A stretch of DNA of 64,000 bases from Octopus sinensis. Its lineage: Eukaryota. Of this stretch, positions 28,191 to 41,990 are shown in pieces; position 1 is the first letter of the stretch; each line of letters opens with the position of its first letter. The position numbers were made by a program, and so were the translations under genes. A model generated the notes under the pieces. It was not told the origin of the DNA. It saw only the letters and a list, made by a program, of their open reading frames with translations, and did not search any database. The stretch covers positions 65,720,001 through 65,784,000 of the forward strand of contig NC_043007.1 of the NCBI RefSeq assembly GCF_006345805.1. The letters are read 5' to 3'.

Positions 28191-29321
28191 ATATATATAT
28201 ATATAAATATATACGACGAGCTTCTTTCTGTTTACGTCTACCAAATCCACTCACAAGGAGTTAGTCGGCCTGAGATTATTGTAGATGACACTTGCCCAAG
28301 ATGCCAACGCAGTGGGACTAAACCCGGAACCATCTGGTTGGTAAGCAAGCTTCTTTTCGACTATATACATCAGCTCTACAGATACGCACATACACATATA
28401 TGCATATATAAATGGTGTGTGTGTGTAGGATGGATTTCTGCACAATTTGTGTCCACCAGGTCCACTGACAGAATATTGGTAAATTCAAACCTATGGGAAA
28501 AGTTTTTCAAGGTTCCACAGAGTGGGGATCGAACTTAACATTAAAACTTAACATTAAAAATCGGAACATAACTTCCGATTTTCTATGTTTTTCACTTTTG
28601 CATCAATGTTTCATACAAGATTAAAAATATATGAGAGGAGATTGAAAAAGAATAATCCTCTTTTTATCTCCTCTAACGTTATTCTGTTTGTCACGATTTG
28701 TGTTCGGGTGTTACGCACTAAATAACCTTAACTATGGGGGAAAATAAAAGACAATGGAACTTTGTAAGATAATGAAACAAATTCTAATGTTACATACTAA
28801 ACACGCTTGTCCCACATCTCCACCGCTTAACAAGTGGTGTTGTTTTGGTTACATTCCGCTAACTTTGCAGTTAGGCAAAAGAGGCCGGTAGAATAAGTAC
28901 CGAGTTTTAAAAATAAGTAATGGGTCAATTTGTTCGACTAAACCCTTAAAAGCGGTGTCCCTTCATGGCAGCAGTCCATTGAATGAAACAAATAAAACAT
29001 AAAGGAAAAGATATAGAAGAATCTTAAACATAATGAGACAAGTTCTAAAGTTCCATGTGAAACATGCTCAACCATGGAAGGATGCTGACAACATATTTGA
29101 AAGATTTAACCTAGTGAAACAATTTCAAGTGTCAAATTTTCAACATGATGAACAGAATATAAATTCAAAATATCAAGAGCCAGAAGACGTATCACGATGC
29201 ATTTTTTGTCGACCAGTATTTTATTTGTGACTTGCATCTTTTCAAGGATGAAAGCTTAAGATGACTTCGGCAATATTTGACGACTCTGACAATTTGCTGT
29301 CGAGTGTATAATGGAAAACGT

Positions 29322-29368
<47 letters not shown>

Positions 29369-29370
29369 TT

Positions 29371-29441
<71 letters not shown>

Positions 29442-29918
29442 AGTATAGGGGTTTAGTTTACAGGTGATCTAAACGATTAGGTACACTAGGTAAGTGGTTT
29501 GTAACGGATTGCTAGTGCTTCAATATATATTATATAATATATACATATATATGTATATATATATAATATATATATTATATATATATATATAATCTCAAGG
29601 ACCCGGGTTCAATCTCATTCCTTGGCATCTTCGGCAGATGTAAATTTTTGTATCCTCAGGTCGATCCATACTTTATCAAATTGGGTGAACGGAAACTATA
29701 CAAAATCGCATCAGGTTGGTTGTAGATGCTACAGCTATCCCACATACTGTATCACGCTAATATTACCTGAGACTCACCTTAAGAGTATACGTGTCTGTGG
29801 AATGCTTACCTGTTTACGCTTAAATTCTGGAGCAGGTAATTCAGTTAATTAAATGACACATTTCTCATCGATGAACGACGGAAATCCCTTCCTGCCATAA
29901 TTGTTGTGAAATGTAGTA

Positions 29919-30155
29919 CAGCAATCCCTCGACTATCGCGGGTGTTACGTTCCAAAATCCCCCTCGACAGGTGAAAATCTGCGAAGTAGAAACAGTACTG
30001 TACTGTATATTTAAAAAAATTATTTTTATAATTTGTATATATCTATTTTATTATAAATGTAAAACAACACCACGGAGGAATCGACGTAAGCTTAAATAAT
30101 AAACCGCGGTAGGTGAACCACAATAGGCTAACCGCCATATGGCGAGGTATTACTG
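29919..30155. mobile_element. pogo/Tigger-type MITE, second copy
   Basis: cagcaatccctcg..cgaggtattactg with TA flanks; co-linear with 6063-6282. Confidence 0.85.
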
Positions 30156-30458
30156 TACCTCTTTTGGAAGCGAGTTGTTTGTTATAACTTCAATATTGTT
30201 GTAACGCATTAAATACAGCTGGTGAGGAAATTTTTTGTGGTGTATCAAACGGCTGGCAGGAAACATGTTCTAAAGTATAATTCAGGAATTTAGTAATGTT
30301 ACAAAGTCTCAGAAATGTGAGAAGGGATTTGAGAGATAGTGTTCCATAGTGAAGGTTATATAAGTGTATCACTAGAACAAATACTGTGCTATGCAAAATA
30401 ATATTATAAATGATGAAGCTAGGATTCCTGGTTTTGAAAATAATCTATATTCATTGTA

Positions 30459-31828
30459 CAGGGTTATCCCAAAATCGGGAACTTTTGAAAGACCCAACAA
30501 AAATAGGAAAATTCCAAATCCAACAAAAATTTTATGGAAACTAAACAACCTACCTTCTAATAATCAATAATCATAGTATTAATGTCTAAAAACTACGTCC
30601 TGTAGATGGCATCCTCTTCTACATATGTCAATCTGTCAATCTGTGCTGAGGTTCCCCATTGCTTGGTGCAATGTTTCAGTTGGCATACTACGAATTTTGT
30701 CTTGAATTCTTTGTTTCAGTTCACCCTATGTTTCAGTGTCCTTGGCTGAGTCGTGTAGGCCCGACACTTAAGGTAGCCCCCACAAGAAAAAAATTCGAAC
30801 GGGCAGATTCGGTGATCTTGGGGGCTGGTGAATGTCGCCAAATCTTTAGAGGCCACGGTTACCAAACAAATCTTGTACTGTGCGATGTCGTACCATCGTG
30901 AAGTTGCGGAAAATTCAATGCAGCATCTCTACATTTCGATCCAAAGTGACAGTTTTTGTGATCCCCTCTTCCTTTTCGAAAAAGTAAGGTCTGATGACCC
31001 CATGTGACGAAACTGCACACCATACCGTCACTTTGCTGCTGTGTAAAGGGCGTTCATGAGGTTCTTTAGGGTTGCTGTCTGCTCAGTAACGATAGTTGTT
31101 CACATAGATCCGTGAGATGAATATGGGCCTCATCTGACATCCACAGCTTGTTCAAAAGGTTGTTGTTTTCATTTATATTTACTATATGTTTTTGAAAATT
31201 CTAATTGCAATTGGTTATCATTCTCCTTGAGTTCTTGCACGATCTGCAGCTTGTACGGATGAAATTTTAAGTTAAAATGGAGAATTCAGCAAATACTCTC
31301 TCAGGACAACCTTACTGCAACTGCTTGCTTATGAACTGAACCATGTGGGCTCTTTAAGACTAAAACATGTACAGCCTCAGTATTGTGTGGAGTACGAATA
31401 CTACTTGGTCTTTCTATAGATTTCTTTTTCAGAACCAATCCAGCCTCTTCAAAAATTTTGATCCACGATTTTATTGCGTGTTTTGAGGGAACTTGACCAT
31501 GACGCCCTAAATTGAGATGACGTTGGAACTCACGCTGTGCACCCTCCAAACTATTGCTGTTTTTGTAAAGCATTTTTATGGCGAAAGCACACTGTTAACC
31601 GTTCCATTGGTCCATCGTTACTAAATTGCAAAGTAGTTTCTGCATGAAGCTCATTGTACAGTAGTACTACCAGATGTACAGTACTACATGGTTGCCATTA
31701 TGCATTTCAAAAGTTGCCGGTTTGTTTCTTTAATACCTGCAAATCAATTTTTTGTTGGATTTGAACCTATTTTCGTTGGCTTTTTCAAAAGTTCTGTTTT
31801 TTTTATTGAGGGGGGGGATGTCATCCTG
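30459..31828 (-). mobile_element. Tc1/mariner-superfamily element of rosa/VS (DD41D)- or maT-like type, decayed
   Basis: Imperfect ~80-bp TIRs (cagg..gaacttttgaaa..ccaac.aaaatagg..aaatccaacaaaaa), TA flanks; transposase 31615 to 30579: MDQWNG..AQREFQRHLNLGRHGQVPSKH, WMSDEAH, KVTVWCAVSSHGVI.PYFFE, PPRSPNL...FFLWGYLK; a deletion prevents counting D spacing. Confidence 0.85.
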
Positions 31829-32104
31829 TATTAGGGATGTCAATAAATTACTATAAACAGTCTAGTAAGCCTTTATCAATGAGAAGAGAAAGAAAACCTT
31901 TATGAATGAGAAGAGATAGAAAACAAAACATTGGAAATAATGGTAATAATACCAATTGCGTCATCATCAGTAATTGACTGATACCTATTTTAGCATTCTC
32001 TGAAAGATGAAAGGAAAACTTTCACCGCGGTAGGATTTGAATTCTGAACGCAGAGGCTGTAACTAAACATCACAAGGCATTTCTGTCCGTTGCCCTAACA
32101 ATTC

Positions 32105-32337
32105 TTATTTCTTTATTGCCCACAAGGGGCTACACACAGAGGGGACAAACAAGGACAGACAAACGGATTAAGTCGATTATATCGACCCAGTGCGTAACTG
32201 GAGCTTATTTAATCGACCCCGAAAGGATGAAAGGCAAAGTCGACCTCGGCGGAATTTGAACTCAGAACGTAGCGACAGACGAAATACTGCTAAACATTTC
32301 GCCCGGCGTGCTGACGTTTCTGCCAGCTCGCCGCCTT
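32105..32337 (-). mobile_element. SINE family A inserted in an older family C SINE
   Basis: Full reverse-complement monomer; tgccctaac(a/g)attct present on both sides. Confidence 0.8.
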
Positions 32338-32599
32338 TACGATTTCCTTTCCCTGCCCTAACGATTCTGCCAAACCATTGCTGTAATAATTGTTTTTAAT
32401 TTAGGCACTCGAGTAGTATTTTTATAAGAAGAAGGTTAACCGAAACAGAAGTATCTAGAGTAATAAAAACCGATAATCGCAACAATTAACATCACAACAG
32501 AAGTTATAGTTAGAAGAGATGTCTAAGTCCAAGTCCAAGAGTACTGGTCTAACAAGCACCCGGACCTGGGTAGTAAGAAGAAAAAATGTTAGACCTTCA

Positions 32600-32790
32600 T
32601 CAGAACAGTTAACACTCCAATATGTATTATTGGATGGAAGCCAATCTACTACTATAGGTTCTTTCTAACACGATATCGTCCAGAACCTCCAGGCTATAAA
32701 GCCAGAAAATGTACGCACAGCAACGAGATGGAGATGGAGCTTGGATCCAAAGAGCTAAGAGAAAAGAGTAAGACAGGGAAATCCTCAGAA
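32600..32790 (+). mobile_element. Possible LINE (RTE-like) 3'-end relic
   Basis: Broken frames IIGWKP..HDIV..IKPENVRTA resemble the C-terminus of RTE-clade ORFs; weak. Confidence 0.3.
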
Positions 32791-33718
32791 GATGAGAGTA
32801 TAAGTGGCAGCCTCTCACTGTGAAACAACGGAAAGCACTAGCATCCTTCGATTTATAGTTGTTGTTTACCCTAGGTCAGCACTCATCTAGCATGTCTGTG
32901 ATATTCCAAATGTGGCCACTCCATATGATTACGGGTATGAAGTAATAAGTTATCTAGTGTCCTTCCCGCTTTAAGGCCATAGAATATGATTTATGTAGGA
33001 TTTTGCCGCTATCTCTAGTAGGTTGAGTGACCATAAAGAACGTCTATAGGTCGGTTGCTGTCATTCATTCTAAGTTGTTCCAACCTGTAACATAAAGCTG
33101 AGAAGTGAAGAGGCGAAAGAGAAAAGAAAAACCCAAAATACATTATGTTAGAAGTGAAGATAATCAGGGGAATCAAATTTTATTTACTTGAAATCCTTTT
33201 CTATTCAAATGTGAGAAAGTTTGCTGCTGAATACAGATTAAGAAACCTTTAACTCAATCTGTAGCGGAGAAAATTCATGCAATCAAGCTTCATAGCTAGT
33301 TGAAGATTCTGGTTAAAGTGATGGGAGTTTGGTTCGGTATTGTCCTCAGGTTGAATAAGATATTAGACGAGGTAATAACTAAGGTTATTCCGGAATTGAA
33401 TTGGCAGCTATCTTTGAAGTATTAGGCGGATGTGGTGAATGCCGACATAGATTGTGGATGTATGCGACACTGCATCTTGCTGCAGGGAACATCTAACCAG
33501 CTTGGAACGTTTATGATGTTGCTTGTAGCGAAAGAGACTGGTTTGAACTGAACGATTGAATGTGGACGTTTTGGTGCCAGCTGATCTGCTGATGGACAAT
33601 TTGGCGGTGAGGATACACACACATAGACACACGCGAGCGCGCGCATACACACGAGGCTGGGGGAGAATAAAAATTTGCAAGATAAAAATGCTAAAATGTA
33701 TTGAAATGAAAATGAAAC

Positions 33719-33750
33719 GACTAAAAAATAAGGTAACCTCCTTTTATATA
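33719..33750 (-). promoter_or_regulatory. Candidate TATA + Inr core promoter
   Basis: TATATAAAAG (33750-33741) with TTAGTC placing A+1 at 33722, 28 nt downstream, in unique sequence. Confidence 0.35.
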
Positions 33751-35552
33751 AGACAATACACAACGAACGATTACTACTGTTTATAAATGAAAAACGGTAT
33801 ATTGACATATGAAAAAGTATAGTTTTATTTCGTTTTTCATTTAATAATTATAAGCCTTTCTGTATTTATTTTTTTTATATTCCATGTGGCTTTTGTGAGT
33901 TAATTAGTTTATATAGAATAGTTATTTTTTCCTTTTTTCTTCTTTTGGTGCCCAAACATCTCACAGACAAATCATTCGATACCAAATGAGTTCTGCGTAG
34001 AATAAGTGACAGCAACTCGCTAGCGCCTAATCACCGGTCTAAAATTATTAGCACAAAAACGTCTTTAACCTGGGGCCGGATCTTTTAGTACCTTACCGCT
34101 AGCATCTACAGCATAAAGAACTTGTGATGTCGTTGACGGTAGATAAGTAGAGACGCTGTGAAATAAGTTTATATTTCTGGACAGTGGGCAGGATTAACAG
34201 TCTTTTGTCAGGCATGTCTGACAACAGCAATTTATTTTGACCGGGTTAAAGCTTTGAGGCATAATTGAAGCGATGATGAGCGTTTTAAATTCTGAGTGTT
34301 TTCAATTGCCTAACGTTTTCTACCAGTTTCACAATAGAACAATGTCACTCTGTTGTTGGTAATGAATAATACCTTACGCATCTATAATATTGTGGGTTAT
34401 GGATGATTTAGTTTCAAAATCCCTTCGAGGATTAAGGATAAAGTTGTGAGATGTCAGCTAGATGGGTTCACTATAAGGAGAGAAGAATGAAAGTATTCTC
34501 CATGGACTTGGTCCCTACCATAATCTATTGATTTGTGGAAGTATGCGACATGTAGGATGGACATCCAAAAATCAGAAAGAAAACTGTCCTGTCATGTTGG
34601 CTTCCTCCGGAAAAATGAAGTCAATTTTCCACTACATGATAGCCATAGTGAAGATTCTGAAAAACGTCCATTGGTTTTCCTCTCCAGCCAAATCCTCACG
34701 AGCTATTTCAAGTACTTCTTGATGTGAAAGCTGAGGGTGGATACAGAAATACTGTTCAGCAGATATTTTTCTAAAACCAGAGTCAAGAGTGGCAAATATT
34801 GTCGTTTTATTCAACTCAGTTTTTTCTTTCTCTTGTATGTATTTTTATTAATTCATTTATTTAATTCTCTCATTGCTTTCTTTGTAGCGTTTCTTTTTCT
34901 GTCAGTGGACTTCATATTTTTTCACTTGTTTGTTTTTTTTTTAAATATACTTTTTTCAAATTTTTAGTTCATCGCATTCAAAGTTTTCCTTCAAATTTTA
35001 TACTCATCATTTTATTTCTCTGTTTTATTTTCCTTCTATCTTTCCACCCAAACCCTCCTTAACATAATTAGATTCAATAAAGTAAAAAAAAAAATGATGT
35101 ATTCCCTCCCACCCTCTTCAGCACTCTATTCACTCACCACCACCCTAAAACAGATCAATAACAAATAAGATACCCACACAGCTCCTGCAATCTTTTCGCT
35201 TACATTAAGATTAACGATTCATTCTCACCCAACATTTTAGTTCTATTTATATATTTATTATGTCTTTATATATTTTGTTCCTAAAATAATGGTCTTTAAA
35301 ACGCCTCCGTTAATGCTTGCCAAATCATACTTCCTATTCAAAAATCTCACCATTCTACCTATCTATTCTTGCTTCATTTCATTTCATTTCTCTATCTCAT
35401 GAACTCCTACAGTGCTATCTCCTTTCCCTCCTTTTCTCCTTGTATCATCAGTTTCGATTCCAGTCATTCCCTCTGACTTTATCTTATACTGGACCGGTTT
35501 CAATCAGTCATGCATTCCTTCTCTCATACATACAGACACTACCGTCCGCGCG

Positions 35553-35614
<62 letters not shown>

Positions 35615-35615
35615 T

Positions 35616-35669
<54 letters not shown>

Positions 35670-36236
35670 GTATATACATACATGTATATGTACGTTCATG
35701 TACGAACTCATTTAAAAAAATGCACGTCCTCTAATATACATACATATCTACTTACCTAAATATGTACGTACATACGTATTTACATGTATGGGCGTACGTA
35801 CGTACGTACATATGTATATATATATATGTATGTATATAGGTATGTGTGCATGTGTGTGTGTGTGTAAACGAGAACACACGCACAAAGCTTAATGTTCTTA
35901 CATATATATATATATATTCTCTCGCTCTCTGCAGACACACAATTAAATATATATATGTATATGTGTGTGTGTGTGTGTATGTATACATTCATACACAGAA
36001 ACATACGCGCGTGCATACACACACTGACACACACAAACACAGACACAAACACACATACACACATGCACATATATTCTCTATTATTTAACTATCAATCTAT
36101 TTATTTGTCTGTCAACCATCTTTCTACCTGGATTATTTTTTTTCTGGGGAACAACAGAAAGAAAAAAAAACAATTTAGCATAACAAAATCAATCATGTTA
36201 ATATCGTTTATTATTATTCTTGATATTATTATTATC

Positions 36237-36314
<78 letters not shown>

Positions 36315-36738
36315 AAGAAGAAAGATAAAGATAATTTTAAGAAAATAATTGTAAAAATATTACCAATGCTGGTTTTGCACATGAAATCAACCGGAACACC
36401 AACGAACCATACTATTATAAGATGCAACGAGGGTTATGGTATGGCTTAGGAGGTGCTTAAGGAATTCATTCATTGAGATACAAGAACGAATACACACATA
36501 CACGCACACACACACACACATGAACACTTACACATAGATATAAATAAAGAGAAAATGGAGGAGGGGACGCAAGATTTCTACGACAAGAAACGTATACATA
36601 AATGCATAGACATACATGTACACAGAGATGATAAAATCTCCGAAAATCATACATACAAATACAGATGAAATACTCTTAAACAAATACATAGAAACACATG
36701 AGCAATGAATGATAGATTCTCAAACACATATGTATCCA

Positions 36739-36790
<52 letters not shown>

Positions 36791-37239
36791 ATAAACATAT
36801 ACTATATATATGCATGTATATATGTATCTACATGTATATATCTATATATGCATATATATGTCAATAAACATATTTAGTCGTATATATATGCAAACATACG
36901 CAAACACACACACACACACACGCACACACACATACACACACACACACACACACAATATATATATACATGCAACAAACATAAATACACACAGATTCATAGA
37001 AACATGCATAAACACACCCTAATTAAATACACTCACACACAATCACGCAGACTTACACACACACGCACACATACACACACGCGAGAGCGCTCAGACACAC
37101 ACACACACACACTGAAAATCACATGCTTGCAAACACATAATCATTCGCAGAAGACTTTCGTGGTCAGGAGTCCGTAAAGAAGCAGCTATTGCCAATGACA
37201 CCATTAAAATGGTCACTGCCTATTTCATAATAAGAAGAA

Positions 37240-37255
37240 TAACAATGACGACGAC

Positions 37256-37347
<92 letters not shown>

Positions 37348-37430
37348 AGATGATGATGATAATGATGATGGTTTTATTATTATTGTTGTTGTTATTATTA
37401 TTAATATTATTACTATTATTATTATTATTA

Positions 37431-37470
<40 letters not shown>

Positions 37471-37585
37471 ATGTTGGTGATAATGACAATGATGATGATA
37501 ACGAAGATCAACGTCGACAATGACGACGACGACGACGACGACGATGATGATTTCGATGATGATGATGATGATATGATGATGATGA
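37240..37585. repeat. (GAT)n/(AAT)n/(ATT)n/(GAC)n triplet mosaic
   Basis: Direct reading. Confidence 0.95.
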
Positions 37586-38332
37586 TAAGCCAAAACTTGA
37601 CTAGTCTGGGCAACAACAGGAAGAGGAGCTCTTCGAGACAGACACCAAAGGAGAAAGAGAATATATAGAGATATAAAAAAATGACGAATAAAAACAATAA
37701 AGAACAAAACAATACAATTGTGAGGTGTACTATGGTTGATAGTGGTAGTTTGGAAAATGACGGTGATGAAGAAGAGGTTAGTGGAGAGTGAAGAGTGGAG
37801 AGTGAAAAAGTTGGCTTTTGTGGGAGAGTGGAGAGTGAAGATGGAGAGTGGTGAACGAGCGGCTAGTTAAAGAGGAAGGTGAAAGGGTTGGAAATGAATG
37901 TGCAGAACAGGAATGGAATAATGGAGGTGATGGCAAGGGAAGTGTCATGTGTGGAGGAGGAGGGATGCTGGAATACAGGGGAGGTGAGTGGAGCAAAGGA
38001 GCAGAGAGAGAGAGAGAGAGAGAGAGAAAGAGTTTGGAAGAGGGGAAATAATGATGGGAAAAGAAGAAGAAAAGGGAGTAGTTCAACAAAATGACAGGAA
38101 TTCGGCTACAGTGGAGTTGTTGGGCGAGGGATCGGTGGCATGGTGTAAAGAAAGAACTGGAGGGGTAGAATGGAGCATCTTTGCAACGAGGGTGGGTGGG
38201 CCGGTTTGGGTTCACACACTGACGATATTTTGTCAATTTTTTGTTTGCACATCCGTCTGGACGCATAATCACACAGCACCCATGTATACACATATGCCCA
38301 CCCATATAAGCATGCATACATACATACATACA

Positions 38333-38400
<68 letters not shown>

Positions 38401-38403
<3 letters not shown>

Positions 38404-38663
38404 CACAATCACACACACATGTATAAAACATACAAACATATATGTATGTATATATATATATTTATATATATATGTATATATGAATGCGTATACAAGGAGA
38501 CATGAACACATGAATGTTTAAATAGAACATATGTATACACGTATACGAATGAAATAAGGAAAAAAGACATGCATAACACAGCACAAGGAAACAAAACCCA
38601 CTTCAATAGAGAGGAAAGGGTGTATGTAGATGCATATATGTAGAATCAGATACATAGACACAC

Positions 38664-38707
<44 letters not shown>

Positions 38708-39214
38708 CACGTGTGTGTGTAGAGAGAGAGGCTATTACAAACATACAGATCAGTGTTATGTAATAATAAACAGAAAGAAGTATGGCACACAAACGACTAC
38801 TTTGGTGGAAAGTTCTCGATCCAATTGACACCATGAATCAATTTCTGTTCTGAACCACAATTTCTTTCACTCGGGTTATTAAAGACTTCTGAGATTGTAT
38901 GAATGTCACGGATTCTACAACTAGTATAAATATTAAGTTTCATCGTCATGAAATAACCCTCCACACACACACGCACGCATGTATATATATATGTATAGTA
39001 AAAAGGAAGTAGGGTATCGATTAAATCAGATCACATGAAATCAACAACGGGTCAGACCGCACGTTTTGGCAGCACAGCTTATTCCAAATATTTCTGGTAA
39101 TTTATACTTACAAATCAGTGATCAATGTAGAGGTGAAAGGGTAGTTCACCCGTGTCAGATATCCTGCAAATCCAAGCATGTATCAAAGGAATAATTGGTA
39201 CATACATATATTAT

Positions 39215-39252
<38 letters not shown>

Positions 39253-40172
39253 ACACATATGTATATATATATATATATACATGTGTGCGTGTATATACAC
39301 TCACACACATCCATGCATCTATCTATTTATCGATATATATATAATATAATATATATATATTATACACAATCACACACACATGTATAAAACATACAAACAT
39401 ATATGTATGTATATATATATATTTATATATATATGTATATATGAATGCGTATACAAGGAGACATGAACACATGAATGTTTAAATAGAACATATGTATACA
39501 CGTATACGAATGAAATAAGGAAAAAAGACATGCATAACACAGCACAAGGAAACAAAACCCACTTCAATAGAGAGGAAAGGGTGTATGTAGATGCATATGT
39601 AGAATCAGATACATAGACACACACACGCACACACACACACGCACACACACACACACACACATACACCACGTGTGTGTGTAGAGAGAGAGGCTATTACAAA
39701 CATACAGATCAGTGTTATGTATAATAAACAGAAAGAAGTATGGCACACAAACGACTACTTTGGTGGAAAGTTCTCGATCCAATTGACACCATGAATCAAT
39801 TTCTGTTCTGAACCACAATTTCTTTCACTCGGGTTATTAAAGACTTCTGAGATTGTATGAATGTCACGGATTCTACAACTAGTATAAATATTAAGTTTCA
39901 TCGTCATGAAATAACCCTCCACACACACACGCACGCATGTATATATATATGTATAGTAAAAAGGAAGTAGGGTATCGATTAAATCAGATCACATGAAATC
40001 AACAACGGGTCAGACCGCACGTTTTGGCAGCACAGCTTATTCCAAATATTTCTGGTAATTTATACTTACAAATCAGTGATCAATGTAGAGGTGAAAGGGT
40101 AGTTCACCCGTGTCAGATATCCTGCAAATCCAAGCATGTATCAAAGGAATAATTGGTACATACATATATTAT

Positions 40173-40210
<38 letters not shown>

Positions 40211-40307
40211 ACACATATGTATATATATATATATATACATGTGTGCGTGTATATACACTCACACACATCCATGCATCTATCTATTTATCGATATATATAT
40301 ATATATA

Positions 40308-40320
<13 letters not shown>
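38401..40320 (+). repeat. Near-identical tandem duplication, unit ~960 bp
   Basis: atacacaatcacacacacatgtataaaac starts at 38401 and 39362; unique parts match wherever compared, differences are in SSR lengths. Confidence 0.95.
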
Positions 40321-40388
<68 letters not shown>

Positions 40389-40390
40389 AA

Positions 40391-40711
40391 AAGAAAATAC
40401 GAAATTACAATAATTTTAAGGTCATGATTAACGAAAGCGAAACCGGTCGGTAACGACAATACTCTTTCATTTAAAATATATTAAAACTATGTAAACTAAG
40501 TGCATTTTCCTTATTTTATGTTATACACACACACACACACATATATATATATACATGTATGCATGCATGCATGTATGTATATATAAAAGATGGAAAATGC
40601 ACATGGTTTACATAGTTTTAATATATTTTAAATGAAAGAGTATTGTGGTTGTCGACCGGTTTTGCTTTTGCTAATCATGACATTAAAGTTATTGTAATTT
40701 CGTATTTTCTT
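40391..40711. repeat. Foldback: ~128-bp inverted arms around a microsatellite spacer (inverted pLTR of the adjacent PLE)
   Basis: aagaaaatacgaaattacaataa..ttttccttatttta (40391-40518) is the reverse complement of 40583-40711. Confidence 0.9.
40648..40684 (-). ncRNA. Minimal hammerhead-like motif with A3-U8 core (mirror copy at 40421-40451, + strand)
   Basis: UGUC-AUGAUUA-GC(aaaa)GC-AAAA-CCGG-UC-GACA; mirror GUC-AUGAUUA-AC(gaaa)GC-GAAA-CCGG-UC-GGU. Confidence 0.6.
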
Positions 40712-40947
40712 AAGAAAGTTTTAGTTCACGTTCTTGTATGAAAGTCTGTGAATAAATGAACAAGTAGAAATATTTAAGGAGAGGTAATTGATGATAGTTA
40801 TTACTCGGGACAGGGGAGGTAATTGCTCATATTTTGGGGTTGAATAAATAAACATACAAAAATTCATAAGCTAAAGTTGTGAGATGAAATATGTAAAGTG
40901 ATGGATATGTAATCATGGATTAAAATATATACTGAGACCAAAGTTGG

Positions 40948-41990
40948 TTATGCGTTCAGATTTAGGCATGTTCTGTATTTTTCGATAAATAAATTTTCTG
41001 TATTTAAACGTTCATGTACAGAAATTATTTCTTTGCACTGGTAGATAAGGAAAAACTGAAATTTGATTGGAGACTCCCTGCACATCTCTCTATGCCTTCA
41101 CTCAAAGGTATCTGTCGATACTTTGGGAAAAGGATCTGTTCCTTATGTAGTGTGGTTCTTCGTCTAAGTGCCATACTTGTCTGTTCTATATAGTTATATC
41201 TACAACATGAACAAGTTATAACATAAATTGAATTCTCGGATGCACAAGTCAAGTTGGTCTTAATTGTGAACCACTCTCCTTGTTCAAATTGGAATTCTTT
41301 TCAGCGATTTGGGTTGCTTTTTACATTTGATGAATTTATGTGTTTTCAGAATGTTGCTCACTTTTTGATTCCCACTGAGCATTGGTAGATTTTGTACAAT
41401 AGGGTTGTATGCCTCATTGTTTCTAGGGTTCTGAGTTGATATATATACGGTAGTATTTTGAGGTAAGGTGTGGTGTTTCGTTTTGCTTCCCTTAGTGTCT
41501 TAATGCTTATTTTCTTGCCACGTTTAATTCCATCCTCTCTAGGTAAGGATGGATAGTGTCTCTCAGTTAATGTTGTTCTGAGTTCTTGAAGACGGAGGTC
41601 CAGTGTATTTCCATCAGACACTATTGTGCAAATCCTTTTCGCTAAATTAAAGGGGATATTTCTTTTGATGTGTTTCGGTTGGCAAGAGCTAAAAGGAAGA
41701 TATTGCTTCGAGTCCGTTGGTTTATGATAAATGTCAATTAAGATTTGATTGTTGACTTTTTTATGAGAATATCTCAAAAAGGAAGCTGTTCTTTGCCATA
41801 TTCCACTGTAAACTGAATATTAGGGTTTATACTATTTAGTATTGATTTAAATTCCAAAGGTTTTCCAAAAGTCTCCTTCCGAATGATAAATCCAGATTTC
41901 TTTTCCAGTTCTCTCTTATATAATGGTGAAATGGATATCCATATTTTTGAAGTGACGCTTTATATATAGTGAATTCAAAATATCACATTA
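40948..41990 (-). mobile_element. Second Penelope-like element (Penelope/Poseidon-like), 5'-truncated and decayed
   Basis: LNSINPNIQFTVEYGKEQLPF, IYHKPTDSKQYLPFSSCQPKHIKRNIPFNLAKRICTIVSD, GIY-YIG region TCASENSIYVITCSCCRYNYIEQT..LRRR..LHKEQI, ending ..ENLFIEK/YRTCLNLNA* at 40948. Confidence 0.92.

Noticed and set aside
29033-29230. 65-aa non-repetitive ORF MRQVLKFHVK..
   Set aside because: No recognisable motif or splice context; length expected by chance.
30991-31013. ctgatga..gaaa inside the rosa/maT-like transposase
   Set aside because: No stem II pairing; it is the antisense of coding sequence.
34560-34760. Coding-looking stretch (..HQEVLEIAREDLAGEENQW..)
   Set aside because: No family recognised; frame closes quickly; needs a tblastx search.
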